The notes beneath the pieces were generated by a model, which worked only from the letters and a program-made list of their open reading frames with translations, was not told the DNA's origin and did no database searches. Below, piece after piece: positions 26,042 to 33,775 of a stretch of DNA of 34,947 nt. The first letter of the stretch is position 1; each line of letters begins with the position of its first letter. Source of the stretch: an uncultured Thermococci archaeon (GTDB lineage Archaea > CAYQAE01 > CAYVLA01); assembly GCA_964549615.1 (NCBI GenBank), contig CAZJVP010000067.1, positions 1 to 34,947 on the forward strand, in the 5' to 3' direction. Position numbers and translations under genes: made by a program.

Positions 26042-27928
26042 CTACGGGAGGACCATTTCTATCCTTGCTATGTTCTTCACCATCTGTTTGCTGCTAAGCC
26101 CCTCCCCGACAAGCCTCAACGGCCATTCATCGGTCAGGATGTCTCCGTCCTTGAGGTAGGCTAGGATGATCTTGTCGTTGCGCCAAAGCATCGTGCTGTT
26201 GACCGTTGCAGTGAAGCCGTCCGATGCGACGATCCTAACCTCATACCCCCTTCTGGCAAGGTCGTCGTCAAAAAGGTAGTGGCCCTCTGGATCGTCCTTT
26301 CCGTCCACGATGCTGATGATGATCCAGAGGGGAAGCCCCTCGTAAAGGTGGGTCTCGCCCTTGATCGTGACGTTCAGCGCGGTCCTGTGCTTGGTGCATG
26401 TCGCTGCGGACTGGAAGGTGGTTCTGTTCAGGACATACTCCGACTTGCCTGACAGCACAACGGTCCAGTCTTTGACGGGCCTCACGACTCTCAGCCCCAC
26501 GACCTGCTTGACCCAGTAGTGGCCGTCGGTGATCGCGTCGCCCTGCCCTACGAATGCCAGGCGCAACGGCATTCCGCTGAACCGGCGGCTCCCATCCTCC
26601 TCGTAGTACAGGATGCTGGTCAGTGACCCGATGCCCATGCTCTGGCCCCGCACATCGTATACCCTGACCTTTCCCTCAACCTCGGACCGGCTCAGCGTCA
26701 TGACATAACCGTCCGATCCGGTAACCTCGACGCTGTAGTTCTCGGGAAGATCTCCGGCCTGCCGCAGGACGGTGAGCAGCGGAACACCGACAAGTTCGTA
26801 AGGCCCCACGACGGCACCAGTTGTCTTCAGATACCCTCCTCGGCCTCGGACCTGCTCGAGAGCAGTCACCTCGCCGAAGTAGAGCGTCCTTGAAGTTACG
26901 CCCTTCACGCTCAGCACCCAGAGCGGAAGGAGCTCTGCCCTTGCCAGATCCGCCAACACCCAATCGGGGCAGGCAAGCACAGGAGGGCCGGCCAAAGGCT
27001 GTCCGTCCATGCAGTCCGCGACGACGATGGCATCGTTCTTAGCCACCCGGCCGCTCTCCAGACTCACTGAGCCCTCCCCCGTGAGCCTGATCTCGTAGCC
27101 CGACTCCGCGTAGCTTAGGTTGAATGAGTCCTCGCCCCGCCTCTTGCCGCCGTCGATCAGTGCAAGCAACCTCCACAATGCGATTCCGCTCCAGGCCCTC
27201 CCTTGGGGATCGGTCACGTTGACCCTGGCATCGAAGCACAGGGTCCCGAACTCGGTCCGGGAAAGGTTCTTGGTTTGTGAGCCGGCAAGCCAGAGGAACC
27301 ACTCGTGGCCGAAGGCGGGTCCCGGCAGGACGTCGATTCTCCAAACGTTCCTGACCATGCGCCCTCCAGCCGAGGGATTCAGGAAGTATCCCTGGCCCGC
27401 GGCGGACGTGTAGCGCGCATCCTCGTTGCTGAACTCTCCATCATCGGGCAGGAAGACCATGCGCGGTCCCTCCTCCCAGCCTGGAATCCGCGTGCCGTCC
27501 TTCGACAGGGCAAGGATGAGATGACCCTGTAGCGAGTGCAGGTCCGAATCGGGGTAGACGTTGAAGTAGGAGTATTCCTGCAGGTAGCCATCGGTGCTGG
27601 ATACCCTTAAGATATCTCCAGGTGCCATCCCCCCAACCTCCTCCACCAATCTGGACACCAATACTCCCTCGTACGTTGCCGGGGCATCCCAGTTGCCGAC
27701 CCTGTTCTCAAACGCCACAACTCCGGACACCGAAGCCAAGGCCTCCAGATCCGAGTAGCGGAGCACGCGAGTGACGCCGTCTTTTCCCGTGATGGTGACA
27801 TTCGGGTACGTCCCGGTCTCGCTCGTGCCCCTGGCGCGAAAGCCTAGATAGGCTAGCCCTGTGCAGAGGACGGCGGCCGCGAACACGAGGAGGCCAATCT
27901 CCACCTTTCGACTTTCGAGAGCAGGCAT
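26042..27928 (-). CDS. Membrane-anchored protein with four tandem molybdopterin-binding-like (Oxidored_molyb) domains
   Basis: N-terminal TM anchor, then four repeats carrying (Y/W)-G(V/I/L)-L, mostly V---DG(Y/F), IL-----DG, P-R(L/M) and (W/M)V(K/R)-V--I. Confidence 0.8.
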   Translation of the reverse strand: MPALESRKVEIGLLVFAAAVLCTGLAYLGFRARGTSETGTYPNVTITGKDGVTRVLRYSDLEALASVSGVVAFENRVGNWDAPATYEGVLVSRLVEEVGGMAPGDILRVSSTDGYLQEYSYFNVYPDSDLHSLQGHLILALSKDGTRIPGWEEGPRMVFLPDDGEFSNEDARYTSAAGQGYFLNPSAGGRMVRNVWRIDVLPGPAFGHEWFLWLAGSQTKNLSRTEFGTLCFDARVNVTDPQGRAWSGIALWRLLALIDGGKRRGEDSFNLSYAESGYEIRLTGEGSVSLESGRVAKNDAIVVADCMDGQPLAGPPVLACPDWVLADLARAELLPLWVLSVKGVTSRTLYFGEVTALEQVRGRGGYLKTTGAVVGPYELVGVPLLTVLRQAGDLPENYSVEVTGSDGYVMTLSRSEVEGKVRVYDVRGQSMGIGSLTSILYYEEDGSRRFSGMPLRLAFVGQGDAITDGHYWVKQVVGLRVVRPVKDWTVVLSGKSEYVLNRTTFQSAATCTKHRTALNVTIKGETHLYEGLPLWIIISIVDGKDDPEGHYLFDDDLARRGYEVRIVASDGFTATVNSTMLWRNDKIILAYLKDGDILTDEWPLRLVGEGLSSKQMVKNIARIEMVLP

Positions 27929-27931
27929 GAG

Positions 27932-27955
27932 CGATATGTTCGCGTGAGCATATCG
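27932..27955. promoter_or_regulatory. ModE-type palindromic operator CGATATGTTC-GCGT-GAGCATATCG
   Basis: 10-bp arms with one mismatch, 24 bp in total, fitting CG-N-TAT-N12-ATA-N-CG. Lies between the minus-strand TATA (TTAAAA, 27963-27968) and ATG 27928. Confidence 0.7.
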
Positions 27956-28102
27956 ACCTTTTTTTTAACTCTTTCCATCGGGCGTCCTAGGGAAAGAGCC
28001 CTTGGGAAAAAAAGCCCCGCAGCCCTTCCTGAAAGCCGGGAACACTTATCAGCGAAAGCCGGTCCGCGTGTCGAAAACCCAGGTGGACGAGAGAGGTCAG
28101 GA

Positions 28103-29542
28103 TTGGAGATAGATCTCGGACTCGGAAAGGGGTTCTCTTTCTACCGGAGGCAGAAGGCCAACTTCAAGGTGCTCAACGCGAGGACCACCCTCGGCAGCTT
28201 CCTTGGGAATCTTACCGCCCCCTATGACCAGGTCTATGCCAAGGAACTGGGAGCTGAGCCGGTGGAGTTGGGATTTCTTTCCTCGGTCGGATCGGCCTTC
28301 GCCGCATCCTTTGCGCTGCCCGGCGGTTTTCTTGCCGATAGATGCGGGAGGAAGAAGCTGTATCTCATCGGGAGCCTGGTGGGTCTGCTCACACCCATGG
28401 TTTACTTCCTCGCGCCAAGCTGGGTCTGGTTGGTACCGGCCTACGTTTTCTCGAACGTCATGATCGCGCTGAGGGAACCCGCCTACCAAGCCATGTATGC
28501 GAGCTCCGTCGAGCCGCGCGACAGGGGGATTGCCTTCGGGATAGGGTCGACGCTCACGAGCATTCCAGTCATGCTGGCCCCGATTGCCGCGGTCGAGCTC
28601 ATGGGACATCCCGCCGCGATCACCGCTGGCCGGATACGACCACTCTACCTCCTCCAACTGATCGGGCTAGCTGCCCTATGGGTATTCGTGTTCCTACTCT
28701 TGACCGAGGAGGGCCGGAACTGGGTTGGAATTAGATCCGCCTTCGGCCCAACGGATCTTCTCTTCCTCTCCCCGTTCATCGCGATTCCACCCGCGGCCTG
28801 TCTCGTTATGGGATTGGCCCAAGGGATCAGCACAGCCGGCCTGATCCCCCTCGTATTCATGGCCTTAAGCCCCCTTCCTCTGGTCGTCGCATGGCACAGA
28901 CATCGGGATGCAACGCCGGCGCAGGAAAGCCTGAGACAGGGCGTGGGCAGGATGTTGAGCCTTCCTGGCGTCAAGGCATGGTTGGCCATGAAGGGAACCG
29001 GTGCCGCCGCCATGGGGCTGGCAAGCCCCTTCTGGCTCGTCTATGCCGCGTACGTTATCGGGGTGTCGCCCGCAGGACTAGCCTTGATGGTCAGCCTCAG
29101 GACCGTCGGCCAGCTGGTTTCGGCCCTGCCTTGGGGTATCGCGGCCGACCGAAGGGGTCGCAAGTTCACCCTGCTTTTCGGCAGGTCCTTCATGCACATC
29201 GGAATCCTCTGCTTCATATTCTCAAGGAGCCCCTGGATGCTCATCCTGGGCTACGCCCTGATGGGCGTCGCAGATGGATCCGCGTGCGTCTGGACCGTCA
29301 TAAGGATGGAGCTGGTTCCCCCTGAATCCCGGAGCGCGATGGCCAGCATGGACGCCTTCGTTTGGTATCTGCCGGTCATATTCGCAGCGATGTTGGGCGG
29401 GATAATCTACTCCTTCTGGACCAAGCTCATCTTCATCCTCTGCTTTGCGATAGATGTCGGGATCAGAATGCCGCTCGTGGCTTTCGGGGTCCCAGAGACC
29501 TCGAAGACGATTCACGCCGAGTCATGGGCTTCGGCCCGGTAG
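28103..29542 (+). CDS. Major facilitator superfamily transporter
   Basis: Motif A appears twice (GFLADRCGRKK; GIAADRRGRK), with RG-A-G and ELVP-E-R and many TM segments. SD GAGGTCA before TTG 28103. Confidence 0.9.
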   Translation: MEIDLGLGKGFSFYRRQKANFKVLNARTTLGSFLGNLTAPYDQVYAKELGAEPVELGFLSSVGSAFAASFALPGGFLADRCGRKKLYLIGSLVGLLTPMVYFLAPSWVWLVPAYVFSNVMIALREPAYQAMYASSVEPRDRGIAFGIGSTLTSIPVMLAPIAAVELMGHPAAITAGRIRPLYLLQLIGLAALWVFVFLLLTEEGRNWVGIRSAFGPTDLLFLSPFIAIPPAACLVMGLAQGISTAGLIPLVFMALSPLPLVVAWHRHRDATPAQESLRQGVGRMLSLPGVKAWLAMKGTGAAAMGLASPFWLVYAAYVIGVSPAGLALMVSLRTVGQLVSALPWGIAADRRGRKFTLLFGRSFMHIGILCFIFSRSPWMLILGYALMGVADGSACVWTVIRMELVPPESRSAMASMDAFVWYLPVIFAAMLGGIIYSFWTKLIFILCFAIDVGIRMPLVAFGVPETSKTIHAESWASAR

Positions 29543-29698
29543 GAATGCAAAGCTTGCACCCACCCCCTTACGATTCTCACAACGCGCCCGATGCGGCCGG
29601 CGGCAACCAATAAGAACGCCAAGACACCCCGTCGACCGACCGTTGGGCCCGGGTGGCTCCAGACACCGGAAACGACCCAGCTGGAGAATCCGGTTTAG

Positions 29699-30001
29699 AT
29701 GAAGATGGCTTTGGTCGGCATCGGGGCGGCAGGGATAGTTTCGACCGTGGCCTGCACGTTGTTCTTGCCGGGTGAGCGACCATTTGAGATGGCCGACCTC
29801 GTCGACACCTGCCTTCTCCTGGGTCTTGGCTTCGGAGCGATTCTCGCGGTTGGGCTCGCGGCCATGGCGCAGACGGTCCGATCACGGAGACAGGAAGCGT
29901 TGGGATCGGAGATCGACTGGGCCCAGAACTGCCCCAAGTGCGGGGCCTTCATGCGCAAGAGGAGGAGCTTTTGTCCCGCGTGCGGGGCTGACCTAAGGTA
30001 G
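29699..30001 (+). CDS. Small membrane protein with C-terminal zinc ribbon
   Basis: Two hydrophobic segments followed by CPKCG-x8-CPACG-L. Confidence 0.8.
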   Translation: MKMALVGIGAAGIVSTVACTLFLPGERPFEMADLVDTCLLLGLGFGAILAVGLAAMAQTVRSRRQEALGSEIDWAQNCPKCGAFMRKRRSFCPACGADLR

Positions 30002-30020
30002 GCGCGCTTGAGGAGCGCGA

Positions 30021-31415
30021 TCAGAGAATCCGCGTCGGCGGCAGGCGCTTCCTCGGTCTTAGGTTGAAGCGGCTCCGCATCCTCAGGATTTGCCCTGGGC
30101 ACCCTATCCTTCTAAGGAACGAAACCAACAATCCGTGGGCGTGCAGGGCATCCGCCTGCCTTTCCTTCAACAGGTTTCGACTTTCGTCGGGATCTTGGGT
30201 GAGATCGTAGTACCCACTACCCCACTCGTCTCCGCCGTATACGTACAGGAAATCCGCACTGCGGAGGCTTGTAGGGCATCTCACTTCATCATCCTGCCTG
30301 TAGGTGTAGCTCGACACGGCAAGATCGGGCGCATTGGTCGGTTCCCCGCCGATCTCTGCCAGAAGGGATCTTCCTTGAACGTAGGGGGGAATTCCTATCC
30401 CGGCAATGTCCAGGATCGTCGGCATGAGATCGGGGGGCTGCGCGAAGACCTCGACCTTGCCTTCGTTGCAACCCGGAACCTTGACGAGGAGTGGCGCTTG
30501 GGAGATCGTTCTGTAAAGTGGCCATCTGAGCACTATCCTGCCATCCCTGTCAAGTTGGACCTTCCCGATGAGGCCGTGCTCGCCATGATAGAATCCGTGG
30601 TCGCTCGTCAACACGATCGCCGTATCATCGACCAAGCCCATCGCCTCGACCGTCTCGAGCAGGTACCCCACCCACCGATCCACCATGCTCACCTCACCTG
30701 CATACATGAAGCGCATATGTCGGATCTCGGAGTCCGTTGCGTAACCTGCGTGCTCGTATGCGGGCTCGAAGAGCTCATCTCCTTCATAGCCGGGATCGTA
30801 GCGATCGATGTAGTAGCGAGGAGGATTCCACGGCTCGTGGGGATCGAATGTGTCAACGCAGAGAAAGAAGGGCCTGTCGTGTCCGTGCGTCCCCTCAAGC
30901 CATCGGGCGGCGGCGCGCATCGTCTGGGCGGCAAAGCGGTCCTCCTCGCCCTTCCACCCGGATTGCACCTTCAGAATCCTGTACAGCCTTTCGACGGGGG
31001 TCCGGAGCTTCCTTGGGTTGGCCGGAAGCTCCATCGTCTCACCGGGCGCGAGATCGACGCCCTCCCCGGCCTGCCCCGGTATCATCTCGAAATGGGCAAA
31101 GCCGGCCCTGTGTTGCTGGTTGGCCGGGGTGTCCGTCACCATAGCCGTGAGATAGCCCGAGGCCGACATGAGCTCGGCTAGGACCATGTGACTCGGTTTC
31201 CACTCATCCTTCCAACTCGTGTAGGGGAAGGTAAACGTCCCGGAGTGGAGGTCCCTTCTCATCGGGCCCGTCGGGAAGCTGGCCGCATAGAAGTTCGTGA
31301 AGAGGCACGAATCCTCGGCAAGGGCATCGATGTGGGGAGTCCTAATCCACGCGTTCCCGTAACAGCCAAGATAATCAGGCCGCAGCGTGTCCGATATGAT
31401 CAGGATGACGTTCAT
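30021..31415 (-). CDS. Sulfatase-like hydrolase (alkaline phosphatase superfamily), Thr at the formylglycine position
   Basis: NVILIISDTLRPD-LG-YG, TP-ID-LA, T-G-P-M-R signature, FDPHEPW, Y-GEV--VD, TSDHG, DLMPT, YDL--DP-E--NL. Confidence 0.9.
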   Translation of the reverse strand: MNVILIISDTLRPDYLGCYGNAWIRTPHIDALAEDSCLFTNFYAASFPTGPMRRDLHSGTFTFPYTSWKDEWKPSHMVLAELMSASGYLTAMVTDTPANQQHRAGFAHFEMIPGQAGEGVDLAPGETMELPANPRKLRTPVERLYRILKVQSGWKGEEDRFAAQTMRAAARWLEGTHGHDRPFFLCVDTFDPHEPWNPPRYYIDRYDPGYEGDELFEPAYEHAGYATDSEIRHMRFMYAGEVSMVDRWVGYLLETVEAMGLVDDTAIVLTSDHGFYHGEHGLIGKVQLDRDGRIVLRWPLYRTISQAPLLVKVPGCNEGKVEVFAQPPDLMPTILDIAGIGIPPYVQGRSLLAEIGGEPTNAPDLAVSSYTYRQDDEVRCPTSLRSADFLYVYGGDEWGSGYYDLTQDPDESRNLLKERQADALHAHGLLVSFLRRIGCPGQILRMRSRFNLRPRKRLPPTRIL

Positions 31416-31524
31416 CGCACTCTTTGGGTCAGGCAAACCCGTTGATATCTTTACCGGCACGACATCCTCGGAGCTTGGGCTGACGACCACCCGGCTCCGT
31501 CGAGGATAGATGACGCGAACAAGC

Positions 31525-32373
31525 TTACATTTGCTCCAGTGCTTTCAGGCGGGCCCTTATTCCCGCGGTCAACGAAGCCCTCGCGACGTCGTTCGCGACC
31601 GAGGTTTTCACCATCACGAGCTTGTCCATCAACTGCCTTCTTGCATGCATCTTCAGCAACACCCGGAGTGGCATCCCATCGGGAATCTCCCTGTCGCACG
31701 TTGGACACTTCCTGCGACCGGTATACACGGTACCACACCACGGGCAGATACCAAGGAATGCCGGCGCCACATCGCCCATTTCCCGGTCGTTCTTGATGTT
31801 CGTGATGCTGGCGCCGAGAGACCGCGCGACGAGTTCGCAAATGAACAGGACCTCGTTATGGAGGAAGGATGCTAGGTACGCGAAATCCGGGTCCTTCAGG
31901 CTTTCCTCGGCGCCCCGGAGGTCAGTAGCGAGATGCAGGCCGGTGCGCTCAACAATCACCCTAGACACGACATTCCTGACGTTGTAGTGGAAGGCTATCT
32001 CGTGGTTGCTATGCGTCTTGGTGAGCATGAACCGTACGAGTCGGTATCTCTTCATCTCAAGTATCAGATTCTCTCTCACCGGGCCCGCGTCCAGAAGGTC
32101 GTAGTCGAATGAAGCGCGAACGATGCTGGGCAAGAGGGCACCCTTCTGCTGGACCGGTTCCGGAATCCTGGCATGAGCCGCGATCTTGCCTGCACCAACA
32201 TGCTCCAGGGGCGTCGCGATCTTGCCAATTGAGCTCCCCTGGCAGACGTAGCAACGGCCGCCAAACCCGTGAGCCGCGCAGTAGAGCCTGCCGCATGAGC
32301 ACCTCTTGATGTCGAAATCTCCCCCACACTCGTAGCACCGCTTCTTCCCTCGAAGAAAGAGCAACCCGGCCAC
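31525..32373 (-). CDS. Hypothetical protein with N-terminal Cys/His cluster and C-terminal zinc ribbon
   Basis: CYEC...CSC...CAAH...CYVC at the N-terminus and CPWC...CPTC near the C-terminus. TATA TTTATA near 32413-32418 and a purine-rich leader before GTG. Confidence 0.8.
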   Translation of the reverse strand: MAGLLFLRGKKRCYECGGDFDIKRCSCGRLYCAAHGFGGRCYVCQGSSIGKIATPLEHVGAGKIAAHARIPEPVQQKGALLPSIVRASFDYDLLDAGPVRENLILEMKRYRLVRFMLTKTHSNHEIAFHYNVRNVVSRVIVERTGLHLATDLRGAEESLKDPDFAYLASFLHNEVLFICELVARSLGASITNIKNDREMGDVAPAFLGICPWCGTVYTGRRKCPTCDREIPDGMPLRVLLKMHARRQLMDKLVMVKTSVANDVARASLTAGIRARLKALEQM

Positions 32374-32607
32374 CTCTCCCCTTCTACCCTGCTAACTGCC
32401 GCCCCGCCATCCTATAAAGGGTATTCCCTGCAGGCGCTAGGAAGCGGGACCTCATGCTGGAGTCCGTGCATGCGAGCAGGAACGACCCTGATCGATTGCC
32501 GGGGCAGGTAGCGGGACGAACGCCAGAATAACGCAATCTGAGCGGTGGACAACCCTATAACAGTTATGAGAGGAAAGGAACCTGAGCGAAACATTGTACT
32601 GATTGAG

Positions 32608-33609
32608 GTGTTTCGACAACAACGGATTGCTGCAGTTGCCGCAGTTGCGCTGGGCCTGAGCGCCACCCTAGGAACGGTCTTGCCCGCTTCGGCATACCTG
32701 TTCGAGACTTACATACTTCACCTGGAGCCCTCTGACGAGCTCACTCGAGAGTCGATTCAATTCACGATCTCAAACGATGCCGACGAAGTCCTCTACGAGG
32801 GGAACTACACCATAGCGGCGAGCATTCGGAACGTCAGGGTATGTGATCCGAAGGGCCTGCTCCAGCACTCCTCGTCCTTTCGGGACGGCTCAAGCACGAT
32901 CACCTACAGATATCGATCGCCCTTGGCCAAGGGGGATCGCGCGGAGATAAGCATCTCCTTCGAAGTACCGGGCATGGTTGGCAAGAGCACGGTGGTGGAT
33001 GCACAGGGCGTGGAACGCCAGGATCGGATAGTCAACGCTGCCTTCCTTGCCCCGGCTCCGATCCGGCGGTTTGAGGCGAGGGTCGACCTCCCCGAGGAGG
33101 CCTGGCTTGCCCGATCGCTCAACGAATACGCCACCCCTACGGGGTCCCCGCTGCAACCCATCGACGCAAACGTCACCTCGGACGGCACCAACCTGAGGAT
33201 AACGTGGGTGAGGTTGAATCTCTCCCCGGGGGACCGATTTGACTTCTTCGTCGCCTACAGATTCCAGGGACCCGCCATCAGGATACCTGTGTGGGCAATT
33301 GCGCTTGCTGCTGGAGCCGGAGCAGCCGTGGCCGGGGCTTGCAGCTTTTTGCTCCTCAGAAGACGAGCGGTGCAGACCAAGACCGAACGCACACTTGCTC
33401 TTCTGGAAGAGGGGGAAAGGAGGGTCTTGAAGATCCTTCTCGACGCCGGCGGTGAGATGAGACAGGATGATCTGATGAGGATCACGGGCTACTCCAAGGC
33501 CCGCATCAGCCAGCTTGTCACGCACCTTGAGAAGCTCGGGCTCATCCGTAAAGAGAGATTCGAGCGCACGAACAAACTCTATTTGACCGGGGAGGTCAGA
33601 GGGACCTGA
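32608..33609 (+). CDS. Membrane-bound transcriptional regulator: extracellular domain, TM helix and C-terminal winged HTH (COG2512-like)
   Basis: Signal peptide (AAVAAVALGLSATLGTVLPASA), beta-rich domain, TM helix (WAIALAAGAGAAVAGACSFLLL-RRR), then L-EGERRVL-IL---GG-M-Q-DL---TG-SKARIS--V--LE--GLI-K---RTN. Confidence 0.85.
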   Translation: MFRQQRIAAVAAVALGLSATLGTVLPASAYLFETYILHLEPSDELTRESIQFTISNDADEVLYEGNYTIAASIRNVRVCDPKGLLQHSSSFRDGSSTITYRYRSPLAKGDRAEISISFEVPGMVGKSTVVDAQGVERQDRIVNAAFLAPAPIRRFEARVDLPEEAWLARSLNEYATPTGSPLQPIDANVTSDGTNLRITWVRLNLSPGDRFDFFVAYRFQGPAIRIPVWAIALAAGAGAAVAGACSFLLLRRRAVQTKTERTLALLEEGERRVLKILLDAGGEMRQDDLMRITGYSKARISQLVTHLEKLGLIRKERFERTNKLYLTGEVRGT

Positions 33610-33610
33610 T

Positions 33611-33640
33611 TCAACGGTCCTAAACCGTTCTGAACCGCCT
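33611..33640 (+). promoter_or_regulatory. Three 10-bp-phased degenerate direct repeats (TNAACSG), candidate operator
   Basis: TCAACGGTCC / TAAACCGTTC / TGAACCGCCT immediately after the regulator stop codon and upstream of TATA CTATAAAT (33705-33712). Confidence 0.4.
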
Positions 33641-33775
33641 CTCGTTTCCGACGGAGTGCAGATATCGCGTCTCTTGTCGATTGCCGAACGATTTGGCCCA
33701 CAAGCTATAAATCAGGGGCCGACAATTATCCTTTTCGTGAAAAACGACCGATTTGGTCTTCCAGAGGTGAGAAAG

